Below are positions 29,511 to 38,288 of a stretch of DNA of 64,000 nucleotides, one piece after another. Numbering within the stretch: the first letter of the stretch is position 1; each line of letters opens with the position of its first letter. Source of the stretch: an uncultured Gammaproteobacteria bacterium (GTDB taxonomy: Bacteria > Patescibacteriota > Microgenomatia > UBA8517); NCBI GenBank assembly GCA_964489145.1, contig CAZAXL010000002.1, forward strand, positions 2,992 through 66,991, read 5' to 3'. The notes beneath the pieces are model-generated. The model was not told where the DNA came from. It saw only the letters and a program-made list of their open reading frames with translations, and did no database searches. The translations under genes were made by a program, and so were the position numbers.

Positions 29511-29543
29511 GCCCGTCCGACTCGCAAGAGCTCGCTCAGGGTC
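29511..29543 (-). repeat. REP-like CCTGAGCG...GTCG(G/A)A.GG element, long variant
   Basis: Reverse complement reads CCCTGAGCGAGCTCTTGCGAGTCGGACGGG; related copies at 38171 and 45186. Confidence 0.55.
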
Positions 29544-29553
29544 CAAAACCAAA

Positions 29554-30351
29554 ATGATAAATACAATTTTAGGATTAAAAGGAGTTTGTTCCCAAACCTT
29601 TGTAGGAGGGTTTAGAATTCCCGTTACCAAAGTGTCCGCGGGTCCTTGTGTCGTGACACAAATTAAAAAAATGGACAAGGACGGATACTTCGCAGTACAG
29701 CTCGGTTTTTCCTCAAGAAGAGCAAAAAATACTTCAAAATCACTTCAAGGACACCTTAAAGAAACATCAAAAGACAAAAATTTTCCAAGAATTTTACGCG
29801 AGGTTAGGTTTGATAAAGAACCTGAATTTAAAGTAGGAGATGTGGTAAATGCCTCAGATATATTTAAACGCGGGGATGTTATTGCTGTAACCGGAGTTTC
29901 AAAGGGAAAAGGATTTGCTGGAGTTGTTAAGAAACATCACTTTAGGGGTGGTCCCAGAACTCACGGACAATCCGATAGGGAGCGTGCTCCGGGATCCATT
30001 GGACAAACAACCACCCCGGGAAGAGTTTATAAAGGGAAAAAAATGGCGGGAAGAATGGGAGGAGAAGGTGTAACCATTAAAAATTTGCATGTAATTTCAA
30101 TCAATTCTGAAAACGGCGAAATCGAGATTTCCGGTCAGATTCCCGGGACAACCGGTTCGGTAATAACAATCAAAAAGATCAAATCGGGAAGTCTCAAAGA
30201 CCTTGAAAAAGAGACGGTTGCACAGGTTGTTGAAGGAGAGGCCGCTGCTGTTACTGAAGAAGCTGCAGAGGGCCAAGACCGTCCTACAGAAGCTCCTAAA
30301 GCAGAGGAATCAAAAGCAGAGGCGCCGAAGGCAAAGGAGGCTAAGAAATGA
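29554..30351 (+). CDS. rplC: 50S ribosomal protein L3
   Basis: DGYFAVQLGF, SKGKGFAG, PGRVYKGKKMAG; ATG at 29554 preferred. Confidence 0.98.
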   Translation: MINTILGLKGVCSQTFVGGFRIPVTKVSAGPCVVTQIKKMDKDGYFAVQLGFSSRRAKNTSKSLQGHLKETSKDKNFPRILREVRFDKEPEFKVGDVVNASDIFKRGDVIAVTGVSKGKGFAGVVKKHHFRGGPRTHGQSDRERAPGSIGQTTTPGRVYKGKKMAGRMGGEGVTIKNLHVISINSENGEIEISGQIPGTTGSVITIKKIKSGSLKDLEKETVAQVVEGEAAAVTEEAAEGQDRPTEAPKAEESKAEAPKAKEAKK

Positions 30352-31019
30352 AAATACAAACATTTACAGTTAAAGGAATAAAAAGTGATGATGCAGGTTT
30401 ACCCAAAGAGTTTGATCAAAAAGTCAACCTTCCGCTTTTGGCTCAGGCAATTCATGTCTATGAAGAAAGAGGTCATGTTGGACTTAGAAAAACAAAGACC
30501 AGGTCGGAAGTAAACAGAACTTCCAAGAAACTTTACAAACAAAAAGGAACCGGAGGGGCCCGTCACGGAAGCCGCCGTGCCAATGTTTTTGTCGGTGGAG
30601 GAGTAGCTCTCGGCCCAAGGCCTATCCGAAGGGTGTTAAATCTTCCAAACGACATCAAAAGTAAAGCCAGGATTTTTGCTTTTGCAATGAAGGCGGAAGA
30701 AAAACAGATAGTTTTTGTTTCTGGGGTAGCAAAATTGGATAAAACGAAGGCCGCAGAGGAACTTGTTAAAGCCCTTACTAAGGCTACAGGCGCCAAAAGA
30801 TTCACATTTGTACTTTCCGAAAAATCAAAAGAAGCTGTCAAGGCTTTAAGAAATTTGGTGCACGCAAAAGCCATTTTTTACAAAGATTCAAATGCACTTG
30901 ATATTTATAGAGGTGGAATGATTGTAATGGATAACGAAATATTTAAGGCAAATAAAGACAGTAAAGTCACTGAAACAGTAAAGGTTGTAAAGACTGAAAA
31001 GAAAGCTAAACAAAAATAA
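30348..31019 (+). CDS. rplD: 50S ribosomal protein L4
   Basis: KTRSEV, QKGTGGARHGS. Confidence 0.97.
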   Translation: MKIQTFTVKGIKSDDAGLPKEFDQKVNLPLLAQAIHVYEERGHVGLRKTKTRSEVNRTSKKLYKQKGTGGARHGSRRANVFVGGGVALGPRPIRRVLNLPNDIKSKARIFAFAMKAEEKQIVFVSGVAKLDKTKAAEELVKALTKATGAKRFTFVLSEKSKEAVKALRNLVHAKAIFYKDSNALDIYRGGMIVMDNEIFKANKDSKVTETVKVVKTEKKAKQK

Positions 31020-31021
31020 AC

Positions 31022-31297
31022 ATGTTGAAACCAATTTTTACAGAAAAAAGTTTAAGAGAAGCAAAACTCGGGAACTACACTTTCAGGGTTGATAATCATA
31101 TGAACAAGAAACAAATTGCTGTCAAAGTTGAGCAACTTTTTGATGTAAAAGTAACCGCAGTCAGAACCACAAAAACCGGTCCTGAAAAAGGTAAAAATGC
31201 CAAGGGCAGAAAATTTACGGTCGGAATGGCTAAAAAAGCAATAATAACACTTAAAAGCGGCGATAAAATCGATATTTTTGAAGAAGGTAAGAAATAA
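31022..31297 (+). CDS. rplW: 50S ribosomal protein L23
   Basis: P..TEKS, KKAIITL, operon position. Confidence 0.95.
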   Translation: MLKPIFTEKSLREAKLGNYTFRVDNHMNKKQIAVKVEQLFDVKVTAVRTTKTGPEKGKNAKGRKFTVGMAKKAIITLKSGDKIDIFEEGKK

Positions 31298-31310
31298 GCA
31301 ATAAAATATT

Positions 31311-32063
31311 ATGAAGGCATTTAAAAAAATTCTAGCTAAAAAATCGGGCAGGTCTCACGGAGTAGTTACCGTAAGGCATCAGGGTGGTCGTGAAAAAAGA
31401 TTTTTGCGTACTATCGATTTCAGGAGAAATAAAAAGGATATTTGGGGAGTTGTTGAGAAAATAGAATACGATCCCAATAGAAATGCAGATATAGCTCTGA
31501 TATTATACGAGGATGGAGAAAGGCGTTATATTCTTTGCCCTGTAGGGCTTAGTGTAGGATCAAAAGTTATAGCCTCGGAAGTTGCTCCTACTGAGTCGGG
31601 AAACGCGCTTTCTCTCAAAGCCATTCCGGTAGGAACCCCGGTTCACAATATAGAACTGACAAAGGGGAAGGGTGGTCAGATAGTTAAAGGGGCAGGAAGT
31701 GTGGCGGTGGTTTTTGGAAAAGAAGACAAATGGGTTTTGGTTAAGCTTCCGTCGGGAGAGATAAGAAGGTTTGATCCGGGATGTATGGCGGAAATAGGTC
31801 AAATCGGAAACGTTGAGTCCAAAAATGAAGTCATTGGAAAAGCCGGAAGAAACAGACACAAGGGAATCCGTCCAAGCGTTCGTGGAGTAGCCATGAACCC
31901 GCATTCCCATCCGCACGGAGGAGGAGAAGGAAGAAGTAGCGTCGGAATGAAATACCCAAAGACCGTTTACGGGAGACGCGCAGTCGGAAAAACCAGAGGG
32001 AAAAAGAGATATTCCAATCGTTTAATAATTCAAAGAAGAGGAGGAAAATCAGTACTAGGCTAA
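31311..32063 (+). CDS. rplB: 50S ribosomal protein L2
   Basis: [22 protein letters not shown]. Confidence 0.98.
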   Translation: MKAFKKILAKKSGRSHGVVTVRHQGGREKRFLRTIDFRRNKKDIWGVVEKIEYDPNRNADIALILYEDGERRYILCPVGLSVGSKVIASEVAPTESGNALSLKAIPVGTPVHNIELTKGKGGQIVKGAGSVAVVFGKEDKWVLVKLPSGEIRRFDPGCMAEIGQIGNVESKNEVIGKAGRNRHKGIRPSVRGVAMNPHSHPHGGGEGRSSVGMKYPKTVYGRRAVGKTRGKKRYSNRLIIQRRGGKSVLG

Positions 32064-32064
32064 T

Positions 32065-32346
32065 ATGGCAAGAAGTTCTAAAAAAGGGCCTTTTGTAGAC
32101 CCAATACTAGTTAAAAAAGTTGAAAAAGGAATGGGGCTTAAGGAAAGTCCTATTAAGACGTGGTCAAGAAGGTGTCAAATTTCACCGGATTTTGTCGGTA
32201 AATATTTCCAGGTTCATAACGGACATGTTTTTATTGATGTTTTTGTAACTGAGGATATGGTTGGTCACAGACTTGGAGAATTTTCACCCACAAGAACATT
32301 TAGAGGACATGGAGAAATTGTAAAGCGCACAATGGACAAGACCTAA
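32065..32346 (+). CDS. rpsS: 30S ribosomal protein S19
   Basis: [17 protein letters not shown]. Confidence 0.98.
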   Translation: MARSSKKGPFVDPILVKKVEKGMGLKESPIKTWSRRCQISPDFVGKYFQVHNGHVFIDVFVTEDMVGHRLGEFSPTRTFRGHGEIVKRTMDKT

Positions 32347-32347
32347 C

Positions 32348-32773
32348 ATGAAGAATATGAATAATCAAAAAGAATTCAAAGCAACACAAAAATATTTATT
32401 GATGAGCCCCAGGAAAGTAAGACTTGTTGTTGGGGTAATCAAGAAAATGAAGCCGGCGGAAGCCGTTGAAAAATTGCCTTTTGTACAAAAAAGGGCAGCG
32501 GGGGACTTGGGTAAAGTGATCAAAAGCGCGATTGCCGCAGCTAAAGTTCAAGGAGTTTCTGATACGGATTTGGTTTTCAAAGAAATTCAAATCGGTGAAG
32601 GGCCCCGTCTCAAAAGAGGCAAACCCGTCAGCCGCGGTATGTGGCATCCCTTCAAAAGAAGAATGAGCCATATCAGGGTCGTGTTAACGACCGTAGAAAA
32701 ACCAGTTGTTGTCGAAAAGACAGAAAAAATTGAGGTAAAAGAGAAAGGAGAAAAAAATGGGGCAAAAAGTTAA
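32348..32773 (+). CDS. rplV: 50S ribosomal protein L22
   Basis: SPRKVRLV, GPRLKR, SHIRVV. Confidence 0.97.
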   Translation: MKNMNNQKEFKATQKYLLMSPRKVRLVVGVIKKMKPAEAVEKLPFVQKRAAGDLGKVIKSAIAAAKVQGVSDTDLVFKEIQIGEGPRLKRGKPVSRGMWHPFKRRMSHIRVVLTTVEKPVVVEKTEKIEVKEKGEKNGAKS

Positions 32774-33410
32774 CCCAACCGGTTTTAGAATTGGCACATT
32801 TCTTCCTTGGAAATCAAGGTGGTTTGCTGATAACAACAGCTTTAAACAGTTTTTGATTGAGGATATCAGGATAAGAAAAGAACTGACTAAAAAGCTTAAA
32901 CTCGCCGGAATTACAGGAGTTGAAATTGAAAGGTCGCCAAAAAGTATTGTTGTTACGATTACAGTAAGCCGTCCGGGTGTTGTAATTGGTAGAGGGGGAA
33001 CCGGAATAGAAGATGTTAAAAAATATATTTTAGGAATCATGAGTGATGTCAGGAAAAAGACGGTTAAAGATCTTAAAATTGATATCCGAATCAATGAGGT
33101 TAAAAGTCCCGAACTTTCGGCATATTTGGTTGCAGAAAGAATTGTTAGCGAGTTGGAGAGAAGAATTCCTCACAGACGTGCAGTTCAAAAAGCAATCGAG
33201 AGAGTTATGGCGTCAGGAGCCCTGGGAATAAAAGTGGTTTTGGCAGGCCGTATAAATGGTGCCGAAATATCCCGTGTCGAGAAATTTCATCAAGGATCGG
33301 TTCCGTCCCAGACTTTGCGCGAGAATATAGACTATGCTCAAGTTCCGGCACTTTTGAAAAGAGGATATGTGGGAGTTAAGGTGTGGATACATAAAAAGAC
33401 TGAAGTCTAA
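32757..33410 (+). CDS. rpsC: 30S ribosomal protein S3
   Basis: MGQKVNP.GFR, RPGVVIGRGG, GVKVWI. Confidence 0.98.
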   Translation: MGQKVNPTGFRIGTFLPWKSRWFADNNSFKQFLIEDIRIRKELTKKLKLAGITGVEIERSPKSIVVTITVSRPGVVIGRGGTGIEDVKKYILGIMSDVRKKTVKDLKIDIRINEVKSPELSAYLVAERIVSELERRIPHRRAVQKAIERVMASGALGIKVVLAGRINGAEISRVEKFHQGSVPSQTLRENIDYAQVPALLKRGYVGVKVWIHKKTEV

Positions 33411-33418
33411 TCAAGAAA

Positions 33419-33832
33419 ATGTTGCAACCAAAAAGAAGAAAATACATAAAAGATTTTAGAGGTAGACGTAGAGGGGCTGCTACCCGTGGAAATTCGATTT
33501 CATTCGGAGACTATGCAATGAAAGCGCAAGAAGTTGCTTGGATAACTTCTGCTCAAATTGAGTCAGCCAGAAGAACGATTACACATTCTTTGAAAAGAGG
33601 CGGAAGAGTTTGGGTCAGAGTTTTTCCGGATAAACCAATCACAAGTCGCCCTGCAGGAAAAAGAATGGGTGGAGGAAAAGGAGATATCTCAACCTATGTT
33701 GCGGTTGTTAAACCAGGATTTATCCTTTTTGAGGTTGCAGGTGCCGAAGAAGGGGCAATTAGGGAAGCATTTAGAAAAGCTTCCGCAAAGCTACCTATCG
33801 ACATAAAAGTAGTCAGCAGGGAGGGAAAATAA
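33419..33832 (+). CDS. rplP: 50S ribosomal protein L16
   Basis: MLQPKR, RVFPDKP, RMGGGKG. Confidence 0.98.
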   Translation: MLQPKRRKYIKDFRGRRRGAATRGNSISFGDYAMKAQEVAWITSAQIESARRTITHSLKRGGRVWVRVFPDKPITSRPAGKRMGGGKGDISTYVAVVKPGFILFEVAGAEEGAIREAFRKASAKLPIDIKVVSREGK

Positions 33833-33859
33833 GCAAAGCTTATTTCGGACAAAACAATG
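33830..33859 (+). repeat. Intergenic stop-to-start cassette, copy 1 (TAAGCAAAGCTTATTTCGGACAAAACAATG)
   Basis: 27/30 identical to 34379-34408. Confidence 0.75.
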
Positions 33860-34120
33860 AAAAGAAAAGAATTTAACGATTTAAGAGGAAAAAACATACA
33901 GGAGTTGGGGAAAATTGCTTTGGAAAAAAAGCTTGAAGCAGAAAAAGCAAAAATGAAGATGCTTGGTGGAAAAGAGAAAAATTTGAAAGTGCGCAAGAAT
34001 TTAGCTAAGGAAATTGCTAAAATACTAACCCTGGTTCGTGAAAAAGAAATAATTGAGAGTTTGCAGCTAAAATCCTCACCCTCCGAGATTTCGGATGGAC
34101 AGGAGAAAAAAACTAAATAA
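33857..34120 (+). CDS. rpmC: 50S ribosomal protein L29 with C-terminal extension
   Basis: Position between rplP and rpsQ; KEIAKILT motif. Confidence 0.88.
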   Translation: MKRKEFNDLRGKNIQELGKIALEKKLEAEKAKMKMLGGKEKNLKVRKNLAKEIAKILTLVREKEIIESLQLKSSPSEISDGQEKKTK

Positions 34121-34132
34121 CTATAAAATATT

Positions 34133-34381
34133 ATGAAAATTTTTAACGGTAAAGTAATCGGAGTCAAACAGGCAAAGACTGCAACTGTTGCCGTGGAGAG
34201 AATGAAAATACACCCGATTTATAAAAAGAGGTTTGTAAGGTCAACTAAATATCAAGTTCATGATGAAATTGGCGTTAAAGTGGGAGATGTTGTGAAGTTT
34301 GCGGACAGCAAACCTTACTCTAAATCTAAAAAATGGAAAATTGTGCAGGTGGTTGGTGATAAAAAGGAGGCTAAAAAATAA
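34133..34381 (+). CDS. rpsQ: 30S ribosomal protein S17
   Basis: KTATV, HPIYKK, HDE, PYSKSK.W. Confidence 0.97.
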   Translation: MKIFNGKVIGVKQAKTATVAVERMKIHPIYKKRFVRSTKYQVHDEIGVKVGDVVKFADSKPYSKSKKWKIVQVVGDKKEAKK

Positions 34382-34408
34382 GCAAATCTTATTTATGACA
34401 AAACAATG
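34379..34408 (+). repeat. Intergenic stop-to-start cassette, copy 2 (TAAGCAAATCTTATTTATGACAAAACAATG)
   Basis: 27/30 identical to 33830-33859. Confidence 0.75.
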
Positions 34409-34771
34409 GTACAACTAAGAACAATGTTGATTCCGGCAGACAATAGCGGTGCTAAGCGAATAATGATTATTGGCGTTCCCGGTAGAGTGGGTAAATTTGC
34501 CACTTTGGGAGATGTGGTTCTTGGGGTTGTAAAAGACGCGGATCCGGCAGGGGTTGTCGCCGACCACGAGAAAGTCAAAGTTCTCATAGTCAGAACCCAC
34601 AAAGAAGTTAGAAGAAAAGACGGAAGTTATGTCAGATTTGATGATAATGCAGGTGTTGTAATTGATAAACAGGGACTTCCCAGAGGGACCAGAATTTTAG
34701 GACCTATTGCAAGGGAAGTTAAAGAGGCAGGCTACAATAAAATAGCATCGCTTGCCCGCGAAGTAGTATAA
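34406..34771 (+). CDS. rplN: 50S ribosomal protein L14
   Basis: ADNSGAK, RFDDNA, GTRILGP. Confidence 0.98.
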   Translation: MVQLRTMLIPADNSGAKRIMIIGVPGRVGKFATLGDVVLGVVKDADPAGVVADHEKVKVLIVRTHKEVRRKDGSYVRFDDNAGVVIDKQGLPRGTRILGPIAREVKEAGYNKIASLAREVV

Positions 34772-34807
34772 GCAAAGCTTGCAACTTAAGAAGTTGTAAA
34801 TAAAAAT

Positions 34808-35122
34808 ATGTTGAAATTTAAAAAAGGAGATACAGTCAAAATAACAGCAGGAAAAGACAAAGGAAGAGAAGGTAAAATTGAAAAAATTCTGTCCAGCGAA
34901 TTAAAAGCCTTGATTCCCGGAGTTAACCTTTACAAAAAACACGTTAAGGGGTTTGGCGATGTAAAAGGTGGAATTTATGATATTCCAAGACCATTAGGTT
35001 TTGGTAAAATTGCCGTTGTTTGTCCTAAATGTAAAAAAATGACAAGAGTAGGATTTAAATTTGCAGGCGAAGAAAAGGTTAGAACATGCAAAAAATGCGG
35101 AAAGGAAATGGACACAAAATGA
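34808..35122 (+). CDS. rplX: 50S ribosomal protein L24
   Basis: KOW motif KKGDTV.I.AGKDKG; CPKC/CKKC. Confidence 0.97.
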   Translation: MLKFKKGDTVKITAGKDKGREGKIEKILSSELKALIPGVNLYKKHVKGFGDVKGGIYDIPRPLGFGKIAVVCPKCKKMTRVGFKFAGEEKVRTCKKCGKEMDTK

Positions 35123-35664
35123 TAACAAGATTACAGGAAAAATACGAAAAAGAGGTTAAGAATGTTTTAGCCAAGGAGTTTGGAACCAAAAATACGTTCG
35201 CAATTCCGAAAGTTGAAAAAGTTGTTATTAATATAGGAATAGGAAATCTTTCAAAAAACCAGCAACAAACAGATGCTTTGAAAAAAGATTTGGCGACGAT
35301 TACAGGACAAGCCCCATCGGTTCGTAACGCAAAAGTGTCAATTGCCTCCTTCTCGCTTCGCGCAGGAATGCCGGTAGGCCTTAGTGTAACCTTAAGAGGT
35401 GGACGAATGTACTCTTTCTTAGACAGGCTTTTTTCGATAGTTTTGCCCCGTCTGAGGGACTTTAGAGGAGTGTCTTTAAAGTCCTTTGATGAAATGGGAA
35501 ACTACACTCTGGGACTGGAGGAACATACGGTGTTTCCTGAAATAGATTCGACCAAAAGTGCAAGTGCCCATGGATTTGAAGTTACAATTGTTACGACTGC
35601 CAAAGACAAGGAACAATCAAAAAGGTTATTAGAGTTAATGGGTATGCCGTTCCAAAAAGATTGA
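35119..35664 (+). CDS. rplE: 50S ribosomal protein L5
   Basis: [22 protein letters not shown]; ATG at 35119 preferred. Confidence 0.98.
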   Translation: MITRLQEKYEKEVKNVLAKEFGTKNTFAIPKVEKVVINIGIGNLSKNQQQTDALKKDLATITGQAPSVRNAKVSIASFSLRAGMPVGLSVTLRGGRMYSFLDRLFSIVLPRLRDFRGVSLKSFDEMGNYTLGLEEHTVFPEIDSTKSASAHGFEVTIVTTAKDKEQSKRLLELMGMPFQKD

Positions 35665-35686
35665 TAGTTTTAAATTAAATAAAAAT

Positions 35687-35872
35687 ATGTCAACGACAGC
35701 AAAAGAAGTTAGAGAAACAAAAAAATTAAAGTTTAAGGTAAGATATCACAACAGGTGTCAAATCTGCGGAAGGTCACGTGGCTATATGCGCAGGTTTGGT
35801 CTTTGCAGACTTTGTTTCAGAGAACATGCCCTGAGAGGAGAAATCCCGGGAGTTAGAAAGGCGTCCTGGTAA
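35687..35872 (+). CDS. rpsN: 30S ribosomal protein S14 (Zn-binding type)
   Basis: RCQICGR...CRLCFRE, IPGV.KASW. Confidence 0.97.
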   Translation: MSTTAKEVRETKKLKFKVRYHNRCQICGRSRGYMRRFGLCRLCFREHALRGEIPGVRKASW

Positions 35873-35885
35873 ACCTGGCAAAAAA

Positions 35886-36281
35886 ATGAAAATAAAACAA
35901 ACAGTAACAAACTATTCTGTAGGAGACTTTTTGATTAGAATCAAAAATGTCGCAATGGCAAAAAATAAGGAAGTAACGGTTACCTCCAATAATCAAATAG
36001 TTGCCGTTGCGGAAGCTCTTAAGAAAATGGGGTTTTTGGATGAAGTAAAAAAGGAAAAAGGAATTTTGACTGCAAGGCTAACTTTTAAAGACAAGAGACC
36101 AAGACTGATGGACATAAAACTCATTTCAAAACCCGGTCTTAGGGTTTATATGGGAGTTGACGAACTTGAGAAAAAAAAGAGTCCTTCCGTTCTTTTGGTT
36201 TCGACACCAAAAGGAGTGGTTTCGTCTTTGAAAGCAATTAAAGATAGGGTCGGGGGAGAAGTAATCGCAGAGATTTGGTAA
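35886..36281 (+). CDS. rpsH: 30S ribosomal protein S8
   Basis: D.LIRIKN, ISKPGLRVY, STPKGV, GGEV. Confidence 0.97.
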   Translation: MKIKQTVTNYSVGDFLIRIKNVAMAKNKEVTVTSNNQIVAVAEALKKMGFLDEVKKEKGILTARLTFKDKRPRLMDIKLISKPGLRVYMGVDELEKKKSPSVLLVSTPKGVVSSLKAIKDRVGGEVIAEIW

Positions 36282-36296
36282 CTATAAAATAAATAT

Positions 36297-36851
36297 ATGA
36301 GCAAGATAGGAAAACAACCAGTTATTATACCGAGCGGAGTCACTGTTGGTGTTGATGGACATACGGTTATCATTACCGGTCCAAAAGGAACATTGAAGAA
36401 GCATTTTGCTGCCGAGATTGCGGTAGAGGTAAACGATGGAAAGGTAATTGTAAGTGCCAAGGGTTCGGGAAAATATGTGATGTCCCTCTTTGGAACAACA
36501 AGGGCACTTATCAATAATGATGTGATTGGGGTTTCCACGGGTTGGAGTAAAAAATTGGAACTTGTCGGAACAGGATTTAAAGCAGAGCTTGTCGGACGCG
36601 ATTTATCCTTAACTGTGGGATATTCCCATTCTATTAAAATTAACGCCCCCGAAGGGATTACTTTTAAAGTTGAAAAGACAATAATTACCGTTGACGGATT
36701 TGACAGAGAACTTGTTGGCCAGGTTGCTGCCAATATAAGAGCAGTGAGGCCGCCGGAGCCATATAAAGGAAAAGGTATTAAATATATAGATGAGGTGATA
36801 AGGAGAAAAGCCGGTAAGGCTGCTGCAGCTAAAGCAGGTCCTGCCGCCTAA
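36297..36851 (+). CDS. rplF: 50S ribosomal protein L6
   Basis: MSKIGK.P, PPEPYKGKGI. Confidence 0.98.
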   Translation: MSKIGKQPVIIPSGVTVGVDGHTVIITGPKGTLKKHFAAEIAVEVNDGKVIVSAKGSGKYVMSLFGTTRALINNDVIGVSTGWSKKLELVGTGFKAELVGRDLSLTVGYSHSIKINAPEGITFKVEKTIITVDGFDRELVGQVAANIRAVRPPEPYKGKGIKYIDEVIRRKAGKAAAAKAGPAA

Positions 36852-36855
36852 TATT

Positions 36856-37215
36856 ATGAGTAATTTACAATTAAAAACAAAAAGATACGTTCAGAGGAAA
36901 GCAAGAGTCCGTGCAAGAATTACGGGGACGTCTAAAAGGCCGAGATTTTCGGTTTTCCGTTCCAATGCGCACATTTATGGACAAATTATTAATGATGAGA
37001 AGAGTATTACTTTAGTTTCTTCATCTGACTTGACCGTCAAAGGAAAAACTAAGGAGACCAAGATTCAAATTGCTGAAAACGTCGGAGAAGATTTGGCAAA
37101 AAAGGCAATCGCCAAAAAGATTAAAAGTGTGGTTTTTGACAGAAACGGATTTAGATTCCATGGTAGAGTTAAGGCGTTGGCGGAAGGAGCCAGAAAAGGA
37201 GGACTAGAATTTTAA
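36856..37215 (+). CDS. rplR: 50S ribosomal protein L18
   Basis: RPR.SVFRSN, VFDRNG..FHGRV. Confidence 0.98.
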   Translation: MSNLQLKTKRYVQRKARVRARITGTSKRPRFSVFRSNAHIYGQIINDEKSITLVSSSDLTVKGKTKETKIQIAENVGEDLAKKAIAKKIKSVVFDRNGFRFHGRVKALAEGARKGGLEF

Positions 37216-37216
37216 A

Positions 37217-37711
37217 ATGGGAAACTTTAATAGAGGAAGAAGAAGTAATTACGAAGGAGCACCTAAAGAGTTTGAGGAAACGGTGGTTCAAATCAACAGG
37301 ATTTCCAAAAAGACCAAAGGTGGAAACCAAATAAGGTTTTCTGCTCTAGTTGTTGTTGGAGACCGAAAAGGAAAAGTTGGAGTAGGACTTGCCAAAGCAA
37401 CAGATGTCAGGAACGCCATTAGAAAAGCAATAGAGGCAGCAAAAAGAAAGCTGATTCTGGTTCCACTTGTCGGCACAACCGTTCCTTATTCCGTTAGTGA
37501 AAAGTTCTCGGCAGCCAAGGTGCTTCTCAAGCCGGCTCCCCCCGGATCCGGTATTATTGCAGGAGGCCCAATGAGAGTTGTTCTTGAGGCGGCTGGAATC
37601 AGAGACGCAGTCGGAAAGATTTTGGGAACAAAAAATAAAATTTCAAATGTTTATGCGACGCTTAAAGCACTGGAAACAATTTCAGGAATAGTTAACATTA
37701 AAAGAAAATAA
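37217..37711 (+). CDS. rpsE: 30S ribosomal protein S5
   Basis: KGG...FSALVVVGD, PA..GSGIIAGG. Confidence 0.98.
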   Translation: MGNFNRGRRSNYEGAPKEFEETVVQINRISKKTKGGNQIRFSALVVVGDRKGKVGVGLAKATDVRNAIRKAIEAAKRKLILVPLVGTTVPYSVSEKFSAAKVLLKPAPPGSGIIAGGPMRVVLEAAGIRDAVGKILGTKNKISNVYATLKALETISGIVNIKRK

Positions 37712-37712
37712 T

Positions 37713-38153
37713 ATGGCAAATTTACCAAAAGTAATACAAAAATCTAAAAAAAGAGTCGGTAGGGGAATGGGAAGCGGAAAAGGATCTCATACCACGGGGC
37801 GTGGTCAAAAAGGACAAAAAAGCAGAGGCACAATCGGAGTGCTTTTTGAGGGAATGAAAATGAGGAAATCTCTACTTAAAAGACTTCCTTTAATGCGCGG
37901 TAAAGGCAAGTTCCATGCAAAAGCACGACCAGAAATAGTTAACTATAAAAGGCTTGAAAAGCTTGTTGATGGAACAGAAATTACACTTGAGAAACTTATC
38001 AAATTGGGTGTGGTAAACGGAAAGTTGGCAAAAATTAACGGAGTAAAAGTTTTGAGTGTTGGTAAAAACCCAAAGAAATTTAAGTTCTCAGTCCCTACCT
38101 CAGGAAAGGTTATTGCTGTTACCGCCGCCCCCAAAAAACCCTCCAAAGAATAA
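37713..38153 (+). CDS. rplO: 50S ribosomal protein L15
   Basis: RVGRGMGSGKG, GRGQKGQKSR, FEG. Confidence 0.96.
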   Translation: MANLPKVIQKSKKRVGRGMGSGKGSHTTGRGQKGQKSRGTIGVLFEGMKMRKSLLKRLPLMRGKGKFHAKARPEIVNYKRLEKLVDGTEITLEKLIKLGVVNGKLAKINGVKVLSVGKNPKKFKFSVPTSGKVIAVTAAPKKPSKE

Positions 38154-38170
38154 CTCAAAATTTAGCTATA

Positions 38171-38191
38171 GTCCTGAGCGTAGTCGAAGGA
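38171..38191 (+). repeat. REP-like CCTGAGCGTAGTCGAAGG element
   Basis: Intergenic rplO-secY; related copies at 29511 (minus) and 45186. Confidence 0.6.
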
Positions 38192-38288
38192 AAAAGGAAG
38201 CCAAAGCCGCGAGTTTTGTGAAATCCTCCAACTGCCAGTAAACACAGCTGTTTTTAGGATCATTTTTGGGATATAATCGTGAATACGT

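Noticed and set aside
29455-29553. N-terminal extension of L3 given in the ORF track
   Set aside because: Overlaps the structured leader; the homologous L3 start matches the ATG at 29554
30349-30351. Alternative genetic code (UGA=Gly) as in Gracilibacteria
   Set aside because: TGA terminates conserved genes at the expected positions (rplC, rplE, map, rpmJ, recA)
36146-36733. Long antisense ORFs opposite ribosomal and other core genes (also 5756-6310, 23377-23886, 33694-34167, 43872-44390)
   Set aside because: Shadow frames of conserved genes with no recognisable motifs
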